NCBI GenBank assembly: GCA_051439605.1
Contig: JBFRWN010000138.1
Coordinates: 1 to 13,759 of the forward strand
Direction: 5' to 3'
Origin: Synechococcus sp.
GTDB taxonomy: Bacteria > Cyanobacteriota > Cyanobacteriia > Thermostichales > PCC-7336
DNA: 13,759 nucleotides
Shown: positions 1 to 7,393 of the stretch, in pieces
Layout: each line of letters opens with the position of its first letter
Numbering within the stretch: the stretch's first letter is position 1
Notes under the pieces: model-generated
Told to the model about the DNA's origin: nothing
Seen by the model: the letters and a program-made list of their open reading frames with translations, nothing else
The model's database searches: none
Position numbers and translations under genes: made by a program

Positions 1-221
1 AAACAATTATGAAATAGGCTCTAGCATCTAATATGGGTTGCCATACTTGTTTGTATTCCTAACACTACATCTAGCGTTAGTCCTGAAATCTTGAGTACGT
101 TATATGGACAGTATTTGCGAGATATCACTGGTATTGGCCACAATCTAAAACATCACAAGCAGAAAAAGGCTTATCCAATCAAATAGATTGGAAACTTCGT
201 ATACACAATATCTCTAAAACA

Positions 222-295
222 TGGACACAACTGGACTCGAACCAGTGACCCCCACGATGTCAACGTGGTGCTCTAACCAACTGAGCTATGCGTCC
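222..295 (-). tRNA. trnV: tRNA-Val (anticodon GAC), CCA not encoded
   Basis: Reverse complement reads GGACGCA-TAGCTCAGTTGGTTAGAGC-A-CCACG-TTGACAT-CGTGG-GGGTC-ACTGG-TTCGAGT-CCAGT-TGTGTCC-A. It forms a full cloverleaf with acceptor stem GGACGCA/TGTGTCC, GAC anticodon, TTCGA T-loop and discriminator A. Confidence 0.98.
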
Positions 296-310
296 GTCTA
301 ACGGATTTGT

Positions 311-339
311 AGCATATCACAGGAGATCGCCCCCCTCAA
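311..339 (-). promoter_or_regulatory. sigma70-type promoter of tRNA-Val
   Basis: On the minus strand, TTGAGG (339-334), a 17-nt spacer and TGa-TATGCT (extended -10, hexamer 316-311) end 15 nt upstream of the tRNA 5' end. Confidence 0.65.
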
Positions 340-494
340 CCAGCGATCGCAGGTCCTGGTGGGGCGAGCAACTGACCGAACCAAAACTAATAGTTAAGCC
401 TCTAAATGGGGCCCGACTTGTTGTAATGGATGCGATAGACTGGCGTCGATGTCATTCGCATGTAGCAGTCGTGGCAAATTTCAACCGAGGCATT

Positions 495-608
495 ATGAAG
501 TTTCGCGGGGCCGACAGCCCGATCGCCATTCTTCTTTCCACTGCTGTGGTTGTCGGCATCGTCAGCGTGCTTGTTTGGTGGGCACTGAACTACGCATATG
601 CGCTCTAG
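495..608 (+). CDS. small (37 aa) single-pass membrane protein MKFRGADSPIAILLSTAVVVGIVSVLVWWALNYAYAL
   Basis: ATG at 495 is preceded by GAGG (487-490). The peptide has a short basic N-terminus and a ~22-residue hydrophobic helix capped by WW/Y aromatics. It is the 3' part of the 288..608 ORF, whose 5' part overlaps the tRNA and its promoter. Confidence 0.7.
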   Translation: MKFRGADSPIAILLSTAVVVGIVSVLVWWALNYAYAL

Positions 609-680
609 CAACTCAGGATTAACTCCTGACTTCTAGAGTTGCAACATCATGGCAACAGTACGTAACCCGGCGGGGTGAAC

Positions 681-1061
681 ATGCGTCTGCTGGCAAATTT
701 GTTATGGATCGTCTTTGGTGGTTTTTTCCTGGCCCTACAATATTGGCTGGGTGGCCTGCTGCTATGTTTAACGATAGTAGGCATTCCATTTGGACTGCAA
801 ACCATTAAGTTGGGTTCTTTTGCGCTACTGCCTTTCGGGAAAGAGCTAGTGGCGACCCCAACTGGAAATTTGGGCGGAGTGCTGCGGCTGATTCTGAATT
901 TGATTTGGGTGTTTACGTTTGGCTTGACCATTGCCACCACCCACTTAGCTTCCGCACTGGCCTGCGCAGTGACCATTATCGGAATCCCCTTCGCCATCCA
1001 ACATCTGAAGATGGTGCCTTTGGCGTTGCTGCCCTTCGGTCAAACTTGGGTGGAACTATGA
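681..1061 (+). CDS. yccF: YccF-domain inner membrane protein
   Basis: Two tandem copies of the YccF motif (NLLWIVFGG...CLTIVGIPFG...ALLPFG and NLIWVFTFG...AVTIIGIPFA...ALLPFG). ATG at 681 follows GGGGTG; GTG at 675 is an alternative start. Confidence 0.9.
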   Translation: MRLLANLLWIVFGGFFLALQYWLGGLLLCLTIVGIPFGLQTIKLGSFALLPFGKELVATPTGNLGGVLRLILNLIWVFTFGLTIATTHLASALACAVTIIGIPFAIQHLKMVPLALLPFGQTWVEL

Positions 1062-1086
1062 CTTGGAAGGTTATAGAGCAAAGCGA

Positions 1087-1590
1087 TTATTCAGGCATAA
1101 TCCAATCCAAAACATCCGAAGTGGACCTCCCGAGCGAAAACAGGTTTTGTGCGACCCCAAGCAACTGTTGCAGGGACTCGCGTGTGAGGTTGTAGAGTTT
1201 CTGGCCAATGCTTTGCGAGCCTTGGGCAAAGCTAAATCGTTCAGACTCTGCCCCAGCCGCAGGCGAATCTTGAAGCAACGACTCAGATCGGCCAATTCTT
1301 CCTTCTGATAGTTCGGATATTGCTCCTCAATGGCCACACCATCCAGACGCTATGGTTTAGGCAACAACAGCAGCCATCACTGTTTGATAGCAACTCATCC
1401 GTCTGTCGACGTAATCGTAGGCCCGCTTAGTCGCGTAGATCTCTCGACTCCTATCATGATGTGCCAGCGTCCAATCTAGAGATAGCACCTCTGGCCCACG
1501 ACCCCGATGCTGTTGCATCAATTCTTGCCGGTCCCAACCAGCTTTGAAGACTGCCTCATGCATGGCTCGACAACTGACACGCTTGCCCTC
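1087..1590 (-). pseudogene. degraded IS701-like DDE transposase remnant (5'-truncated, frameshifted, internally deleted)
   Basis: Three fragments resemble cyanobacterial IS701-like transposases as I recall them: RAMHEAVFKAGW...EVLSLDWTLAHHD...KRAYDYVDRRMSCYQTV (1590-1360), RLDGVAIEEQYP..EELADL (~1349-1284) and a C-terminal SLLQ..GAESERFSFAQGSQSIGQKLY...IMPE* (~1281-1087). They are separated by a stop and frameshift near 1357 and a frame switch near 1284. Confidence 0.75.
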
Positions 1591-1707
1591 GGTGTTTAGG
1601 TAAAAACTTTCAGTGAATTTTTGGTCCGTATATCGCGTTTTATCCAACTGCCCTGTGAAAACAGGAAATGAGTCGGATTGGAGATCAAGAGTTAATCGTG
1701 TCCCCCA

Positions 1708-1756
1708 CCAAAAAAACTACTGAATCGAGTCCAAGACTTCATCCAAAAAACTACTG
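1708..1756 (+). repeat. imperfect 14-15 bp direct repeat CCAAAAAA(A)CTACTG, two copies
   Basis: CCAAAAAAACTACTG at 1708-1722 and CCAAAAAACTACTG at 1743-1756, separated by 20 nt. Confidence 0.75.
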
Positions 1757-1769
1757 GTGCCAAACCTAA

Positions 1770-2635
1770 GAGCGTGTCTGAAAAGGGTGTGAGAAAGAGC
1801 TGAGAGACTAAAGATCAGTCTCTCAACCAAGATAATGACACGCCAATCCTACGACACAGATTTGACCACTGCCCAGTGGGAGCTGCTGGCTCCTCTGATT
1901 CCTCCGGCTAAAGCAGGCGGCAGACCTCGAACTACAGATATGCGTGAAGTGGTCAATGCGATTTTCTATCTGTTGCGCGCCGGATGTACTTGGCGTTTGC
2001 TCCCCCATGATTTGCCAGTCTGGCAAACGGTTTACGACTACTTTCGGCGGTGGGAAGCAGACGGGACCTGGGAAATGCTCAACCATAGGCTGCGCCAACA
2101 AGTGAGGCAACAAGCCGGTCGTAATCCTTCTCCATCGGCCGCTTGCGTGGACTCTCAGTCAGTCAAAACGGCTGCAGCGGCCCAAGAGACTGGCTTTGAT
2201 GGGGGAAAGAAGGTGAATGGTCGCAAGCGAACCATCCTGGTTGACACCATGGGATTACTCTTGTGTGCCAAGGTCCACAGCGCCAAACGCTCTGACCATG
2301 ACGGCATGACGTTGCTGGGGGTCTGGTTTGCCCTGGCCTGGAGTTGCCTAGAGCTGATTTGGACCGATAGCACCTTTGGGGGCAAGCGATTTATTGCCTG
2401 GGTTAAGCAGACGTTTGGTTGGACTCTTGAGGTAGTGAAACGGCCGGAGGAGCAAAAGGGCTTCCAAGTTTTGCCCAGGCGATGGGTCGTTGAACGGACT
2501 TTCGCATGGTTTGGCCGTTACCGCCGCTTGAGTAAAGACTATGAATATTTACCCACCACCAGTGAAACTATGCTGTATGCCGCGATGGTCAATCTCATGC
2601 TCAGAAGGCTTGCCTAATTCTTTTCAGACACACTC
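1770..2635 (+). mobile_element. complete IS5-family insertion sequence (IS1031 group), 866 bp
   Basis: Left TIR GAGCGTGTCTGAAAAG (1770-1785) matches the reverse complement of right TIR CTTTTCAGACACACTC (2620-2635) at 15/16 positions. A 3-bp TAA duplication lies at 1767-1769 and 2636-2638. GAG ends and a TWA target are typical of the IS1031 group. Confidence 0.95.
1835..2617 (+). CDS. IS5-family (IS1031 group) transposase, 260 aa, uninterrupted
   Basis: N-terminal YDTDLT..QW...GGRPR...NAIFYLLRAGCTWRLLPHDLP motif. DDE motifs are VDSQS, WTDS and RWVVERTFAW. GKKVNGRKR and RRLSKDYE are also present. Confidence 0.97.
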   Translation: MTRQSYDTDLTTAQWELLAPLIPPAKAGGRPRTTDMREVVNAIFYLLRAGCTWRLLPHDLPVWQTVYDYFRRWEADGTWEMLNHRLRQQVRQQAGRNPSPSAACVDSQSVKTAAAAQETGFDGGKKVNGRKRTILVDTMGLLLCAKVHSAKRSDHDGMTLLGVWFALAWSCLELIWTDSTFGGKRFIAWVKQTFGWTLEVVKRPEEQKGFQVLPRRWVVERTFAWFGRYRRLSKDYEYLPTTSETMLYAAMVNLMLRRLA

Positions 2636-2752
2636 TAAGCACAAATAGCCGATCGCCACTTGCACCTTATTTCCTAAATATAAAAATCGAATTTCTATTA
2701 AATGAGAAATGCAATAGTTGAATTACCCCAACAAATAATTTGGCATGGATTT

Positions 2753-3781
2753 TTACTGCTTGATTGGCGTCACCGTATTCGGTAACTCCTCCCCCGCATA
2801 CTCCCGCAGCGGAGCCTCAAACCCACAAGATGTCCCATCCTTAAACACCACCTCATCCTCCCAAGGAAGCCGATAATCTCCATTCACCATGTCCTTCATA
2901 TACGTATAAGGACAATCCTGCGCTCCCCCCTTCACTGCCACGTACCCCCGATGCCCAAACTGATAAATATTGTTCTCCACGCTCCAATACTTGCGAGCCT
3001 CCCTCACTAAATCCGGCCGCAACTCCGCTGTAATAATCTCATCTGCACGATCGCTACCCTCCACCAGCGGCGTGCCATCAAAATTCACCAGCATCCCCTC
3101 CCCCATCGAATCAAACGTGCCGTCGCTGCCAGACATACACACCGACGCGGTATACATCAAATTGCAAAACGCATTCGCCTGATTCGTCACCTTCCAAGAA
3201 TGGCGAATCGGAGCCGTATACCCCGCCGTGCGAATCATAATCTCCGCCCCCTTATAGGCACATTCCCGCGCCATCTCCGGAAACATACCGTCATGACAGA
3301 TGATCAGGGCCAACGTACTGCCATTCGGTCCTTCGCACACCGGAATTCCAATATTTCCCGGTTCCCAAGGCTCCACCGGCACCCAAGGATGTAGTTTGCG
3401 ATAGTACAACTTCAGCTCCCCTTGATTATCGATAACGATGCCGCTGTTATAGGGGTTGCCATCCGGGTTGTATTCCATGATGGAAAAACAGCCCCAGATA
3501 TCGTTCTCCTGACAAGCCGCCTTAAACGCCGCCACCTCCGGCCCATCCAGCCGACACATAATCTCCGGATTGGTATCCATCGATAACCCGTGCAGCGAAT
3601 ATTCCGGAAACACCACCAGATCCATCGTGGGCGTATTCCGCCGCGCCTTTGCCACCATGGCGCAAATGCGATCGCACTGCCTTACCAAATCATCCAGTGT
3701 CACCACAATAGGCAATTGCAACTGCACCATCCCCAACACCACCCCATTAGGGGATTTATTCAAGCCACCCAGTCCGCTCAT
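2753..3781 (-). CDS. amiF: formamidase-like enzyme (AmiF family, nitrilase/carbon-nitrogen hydrolase superfamily)
   Basis: Catalytic Glu-Lys-Cys triad motifs are VVFPEY, YYRKLHPWVPVEPWEPG and IICHDGMFPEMARE. The N-terminus MSGLGGLNKS is typical of AmiF-type amidases. RBS GGAG is upstream. Confidence 0.9.
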   Translation of the reverse strand: MSGLGGLNKSPNGVVLGMVQLQLPIVVTLDDLVRQCDRICAMVAKARRNTPTMDLVVFPEYSLHGLSMDTNPEIMCRLDGPEVAAFKAACQENDIWGCFSIMEYNPDGNPYNSGIVIDNQGELKLYYRKLHPWVPVEPWEPGNIGIPVCEGPNGSTLALIICHDGMFPEMARECAYKGAEIMIRTAGYTAPIRHSWKVTNQANAFCNLMYTASVCMSGSDGTFDSMGEGMLVNFDGTPLVEGSDRADEIITAELRPDLVREARKYWSVENNIYQFGHRGYVAVKGGAQDCPYTYMKDMVNGDYRLPWEDEVVFKDGTSCGFEAPLREYAGEELPNTVTPIKQ

Positions 3782-3854
3782 TGCTACTCTCCATTACTCG
3801 CATTCAGAAGGGAAATCTATAGATAAAAATTCAGTCTGAAAACTCGGAAATCCT

Positions 3855-4787
3855 TTACTCCAATTGCTGCATCCCCAGTGCCCCTGGCACTCCACTCAAT
3901 GTGCGCTTGGGCGAACACGTAAAAATCATGATGGTCAGCGTCAGGATGTAGGGGGACGCATTCCAGAGGTAGTAATAGGACTCCACCCCCACCGACTGCA
4001 GCGCCGGACCGATCGCCTGCGCCCCCCCAAACAACATCGACGCATACAAACAGTGCATCGGATTCCAGCGGGCGAAGATGACTAATGCCACCGCCATCAA
4101 GCCCTGACCGCTGGAAATCCGCTCGTTCCAACTCCCCGGATACACCAGAGATAAGTAAGCCCCCCCAATCCCCGCCAGCAGGCTGCCGACAATAATGGCA
4201 AACATCCTCACTTGCTTGACGGACACCCCCATCGCCAGAGCTGCCTCAGGACTATCCCCCACTGCTCTGACGAAGAGCCCCCAGCGAGTAGCCCGGAAAA
4301 ACCATTGCAGCAACGGAGCCAGCAAGATTCCAATCATGAATAGGGGACTGACATTGAGGGCCGATTGAATCTGCGGCACGTCGCTCCACCCCCCGAAGGG
4401 CAAGGTGGGGAGTTGCGGAGCCGGGGGCTGGATATACGGTTTGCCAAAAAAGAAAGCGATGCCGCTCCCAAAAATAATCATGGCAATCCCCACCGCCACA
4501 TCGTTCACTTTGGGTCGTTGGGCAATCCAGCTATGGATGCTCCCCAAGACAGCCCCGGCGAAAGCGGCCACCACCACTCCCAACCAAGGGGAACCCGTCA
4601 GGTAAGACACCGCGTAGGCACTCATGGCCCCGGTCAGTAGCGTGCCTTCTAGCCCGAGGTTGATCTTGCCGCTTTTCTCCGTCAGGCATTCCCCCAGGCT
4701 GACAAACAAAAAGGGGGCGCTGCCGCGAATGGTGCCTCCGATGATAGCGATGGGGATGCCCCACCAGCCGAGGGCTTCTGTGGCCAT
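3855..4787 (-). CDS. ABC transporter permease (BPD_transp_2 / nucleoside-type CUT2), subunit 2
   Basis: Motifs GECLTEKSGKINLGLEG, VRAVGDSPEAALAMGVSV and GQGLMAVALVIFARWNP; multiple TM helices. Confidence 0.93.
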   Translation of the reverse strand: MATEALGWWGIPIAIIGGTIRGSAPFLFVSLGECLTEKSGKINLGLEGTLLTGAMSAYAVSYLTGSPWLGVVVAAFAGAVLGSIHSWIAQRPKVNDVAVGIAMIIFGSGIAFFFGKPYIQPPAPQLPTLPFGGWSDVPQIQSALNVSPLFMIGILLAPLLQWFFRATRWGLFVRAVGDSPEAALAMGVSVKQVRMFAIIVGSLLAGIGGAYLSLVYPGSWNERISSGQGLMAVALVIFARWNPMHCLYASMLFGGAQAIGPALQSVGVESYYYLWNASPYILTLTIMIFTCSPKRTLSGVPGALGMQQLE

Positions 4788-4852
4788 GTGAATGAGTCCT
4801 TAGTTGTCACGCATTGGTCTTGGGTCATCGATCGTGGGTTACAGGTCGATCG

Positions 4853-5938
4853 CTAGCTCTTAACTTCTTGAGGGGTTGTGGGGATAGAGGGTTCTCGCTC
4901 TTTGAAGAGGTTAAACCGACCGTATAGAGAGTCGCTGTACAGGACGACCAAAAAGACTAATCCTTGGAACAGTAAAACAGTGGCGTCGGGGAGACCGTGA
5001 GATCGCTGCAGGATGCCGCCGCTGGCTAAAATCCCCCCCAGTAAAAAGGCCACCAGTGTCACCGCCAACGCATTGCTGCGGGCGATGAAGGCCACCAAAA
5101 TGCCGCTGTAGCCGTAGTTTGAATTCAGCGACTCGTTAGCCACACCGTGAATGGCAGCAACTTCCACCATCCCGGCCAAGCCAGCGCAAGACCCAGCTAG
5201 GAAGCAAATTGCAACGGTCAGTTTCCCCACCGGCAAACCCGCAATTCTGGCTGCCCGAATGTTGCCGCCCGCCGTGCGGGCAGCAAAGCCAAATGTGGTG
5301 CGCTGAATCAGGATGTAGGCGATCGCACAGGCGACTAAGCCATAGATGAGGCCGTAATGCACCCGCGTATTAGGGATTGTCCCCAGGCGGTTGACATCCA
5401 AAATTGGGAAGCTAGAAGGCTTGTTGAGGGAGCTGGGATCGCGCATCACCCCTTCTACCAACTGATTCAGGATGGCGATCGCGATGAAATTCATCAGCAG
5501 GCTGCTAATGGTTTCGTTTACCCCTCGGTAATGGCGCAAGGCCCCCACCGTCGCAATCCACACACCGCCAAATAGCAGACCGGCAATCGCCATCGAAAAC
5601 ACCACCAGAGTGGGCGGAAAGCTGGCCAAAGACAAACCGGCGATCGTGGCCCCCAAGCCCCCCATCACCAGTGCCCCCTCGTTGCCAATTACCACCAACC
5701 CCAGCTTGGCGGGTAACGCGGTGCAAAGGGCGGTGAGCATCAATGGTGCGGCTAAAATCAGCGTCCCTTGAACGCGGCTGGAGCTGCCAAATGCCGCTCG
5801 ATAGATAGAGGCATAAACCGCAAACGGGTTAGCCCCTGCTAGGGCACAAAACACACCGAATAGCACCAAAGCAAACAGCACCGAACCAATGGGTAGGCAG
5901 ATTGACTCCAATTTCGTGCGCCAACTATGACCTACCAT
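4853..5938 (-). CDS. ABC transporter permease (BPD_transp_2 / nucleoside-type CUT2), subunit 1
   Basis: Motifs IGNEG, RGVNETISSLLMNF, RTTFGFAARTAGGNIRAARIAG and YGYSGILVAF; multiple TM helices. Confidence 0.93.
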   Translation of the reverse strand: MVGHSWRTKLESICLPIGSVLFALVLFGVFCALAGANPFAVYASIYRAAFGSSSRVQGTLILAAPLMLTALCTALPAKLGLVVIGNEGALVMGGLGATIAGLSLASFPPTLVVFSMAIAGLLFGGVWIATVGALRHYRGVNETISSLLMNFIAIAILNQLVEGVMRDPSSLNKPSSFPILDVNRLGTIPNTRVHYGLIYGLVACAIAYILIQRTTFGFAARTAGGNIRAARIAGLPVGKLTVAICFLAGSCAGLAGMVEVAAIHGVANESLNSNYGYSGILVAFIARSNALAVTLVAFLLGGILASGGILQRSHGLPDATVLLFQGLVFLVVLYSDSLYGRFNLFKEREPSIPTTPQEVKS

Positions 5939-6046
5939 CGCCGTCCCCTCTCAAAAAGTTCTGCTATTTCGACTGGTTTTATTGGGGCGATCGCCAAAAG
6001 TTCTCTCGCTCAGTCACAGATGCACTAGAAACTCGCCCTCCTCTGG

Positions 6047-7252
6047 CTAGCCAATGCTGCCAACCACCCCCTCCACTAAATAATTCATTTGCTCTAACAC
6101 GGGGTCAGTCTGTTCCAACGCCGTCCCTGCTTCAATCTGGACGTTGCCCTCGTTGTCTTTGAGTTCACCAGAATAAATGACAAAGCCATCATCAGAATTA
6201 AACGCGGCGATCGTCTCCTCAGCTGCCGCCTTTGCCTCATCAGATACCGCCGGACCAAAGGCCGACAGCTTGCAGAATCCCTCCTTAAAACCACCCCGCA
6301 CCAAATGGGGAATCCCGCCATTCAGCAGGGTCTTCCCTTCCGCAAGCATGACAGCGTAGCCGTTATAAATATTGCTCCAATCCCATTCCGCCCCGGTTAG
6401 GTACCCCTCGGGAGCCAGCGGAGCCTGGTTGGCGTGGTAGCCAGAACAGTAGATGCCCCGTCTCTCGGCGGTTTCCATCACCACCTTGGGACTATCTACG
6501 TGGCAGGTAATAACGTCTATGCCTTGATCCGCCATGCTGTTAGCCGCCTCGGCCTCTTTCACCGGCTCTGCCCAATCTCCTGTAAAGATGACCTGGGTGG
6601 TGATGTCAGGATTCACGCTGCGGGCAGCCAACGTAAAACTATTGATGTTGCGCAACACCTGCGGAATCGGCTTTGCGGCAATAAATCCCAGTTTGCCAGA
6701 TTCAGACATATGGCCCGCTACAATCCCGGCAATATATTGAGCTTCGTCGATATATCCGAAATAGCTTCCCACATTGTCAGGGGTTACGCCTTCTTCATAG
6801 AGGCCCCCCGCATGGAAAAACTGCACGTCTGGAAATTCCTTTGCAATCTCCAAAATGTGGGGGTCAAAATATCCGAACGATGTCGGGAATAGAACTGTCA
6901 CCCCATCCAGCTCGATCATGCTGCGCATGGTCTCCTGGACGGCCACAGTCTCCGGCACATTTGCCTCTTCAATCACCTCAACGCCATCGCTGGAGGCCAC
7001 CCCTGCAGCCCCTTCGGCGTGGGCTTGGTTGTAGCCAAAGTCATCTTTCGGACCGACGTAAATAAAGCCAATCTTGATGAGTTCGGGAACCCCAGCGGTT
7101 GTCTCTGGTGTGGAGCTCGGCGTAGAGGCGGTTGGGGTTGGCTCGCTGCCACATCCCGCCAATTTTGTAGTGGCTCCGATCGCCGCAGTCGCAACGATTC
7201 CGCGAATCACCTGGCGACGGGTGAATTTCAAATAAGTTTTAGTAGGTCTCAC
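6047..7252 (-). CDS. BMP-family (basic membrane protein) ABC substrate-binding lipoprotein with Tat signal
   Basis: GTG start with GGAGG RBS. Twin-arginine TRRQVI motif, lipobox LAG-C and a P/T/S-rich linker. BMP motifs include IGFIYVGPKDDFGYNQAH, FPTSFGY, RNINSFTL and GAEWDW. Confidence 0.93.
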   Translation of the reverse strand: MRPTKTYLKFTRRQVIRGIVATAAIGATTKLAGCGSEPTPTASTPSSTPETTAGVPELIKIGFIYVGPKDDFGYNQAHAEGAAGVASSDGVEVIEEANVPETVAVQETMRSMIELDGVTVLFPTSFGYFDPHILEIAKEFPDVQFFHAGGLYEEGVTPDNVGSYFGYIDEAQYIAGIVAGHMSESGKLGFIAAKPIPQVLRNINSFTLAARSVNPDITTQVIFTGDWAEPVKEAEAANSMADQGIDVITCHVDSPKVVMETAERRGIYCSGYHANQAPLAPEGYLTGAEWDWSNIYNGYAVMLAEGKTLLNGGIPHLVRGGFKEGFCKLSAFGPAVSDEAKAAAEETIAAFNSDDGFVIYSGELKDNEGNVQIEAGTALEQTDPVLEQMNYLVEGVVGSIG

Positions 7253-7393
7253 GCGAGCCTCCCGAATGGGCAGAGTATAAAAGGCGGAAGTCGAGGAAAA
7301 AACTGGCAGTAGTTGGAATTGAATATACGGGGGTTTGAGTATACCGATCGAGCAAGGTTATGGGGGCAAAAAAAGAGTATTGGCAATTCACAT

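Noticed and set aside
222..224. Apparent encoded CCA at the tRNA 3' end
   Set aside because: The CC belongs to the acceptor stem and the A is the discriminator. The following bases are TGT, so CCA must be added enzymatically.
288..494. N-terminal extension of the 106-aa ORF 288..608
   Set aside because: It overlaps the tRNA 5' end and its promoter on the opposite strand and has no protein-like features. The RBS-supported start is at 495.
608..642. Overlapping inverted repeats after the microprotein gene (TCAGGA/TCCTGA; GCAACTC/GAGTTGC) as a terminator
   Set aside because: The stems are short and have no U-tract. They may be a stability hairpin but cannot be supported as a terminator.
1708..1756. 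Possible mini-CRISPR array
   Set aside because: Only two 14-15 bp non-palindromic units with a 20-nt spacer, and no cas genes in the window.
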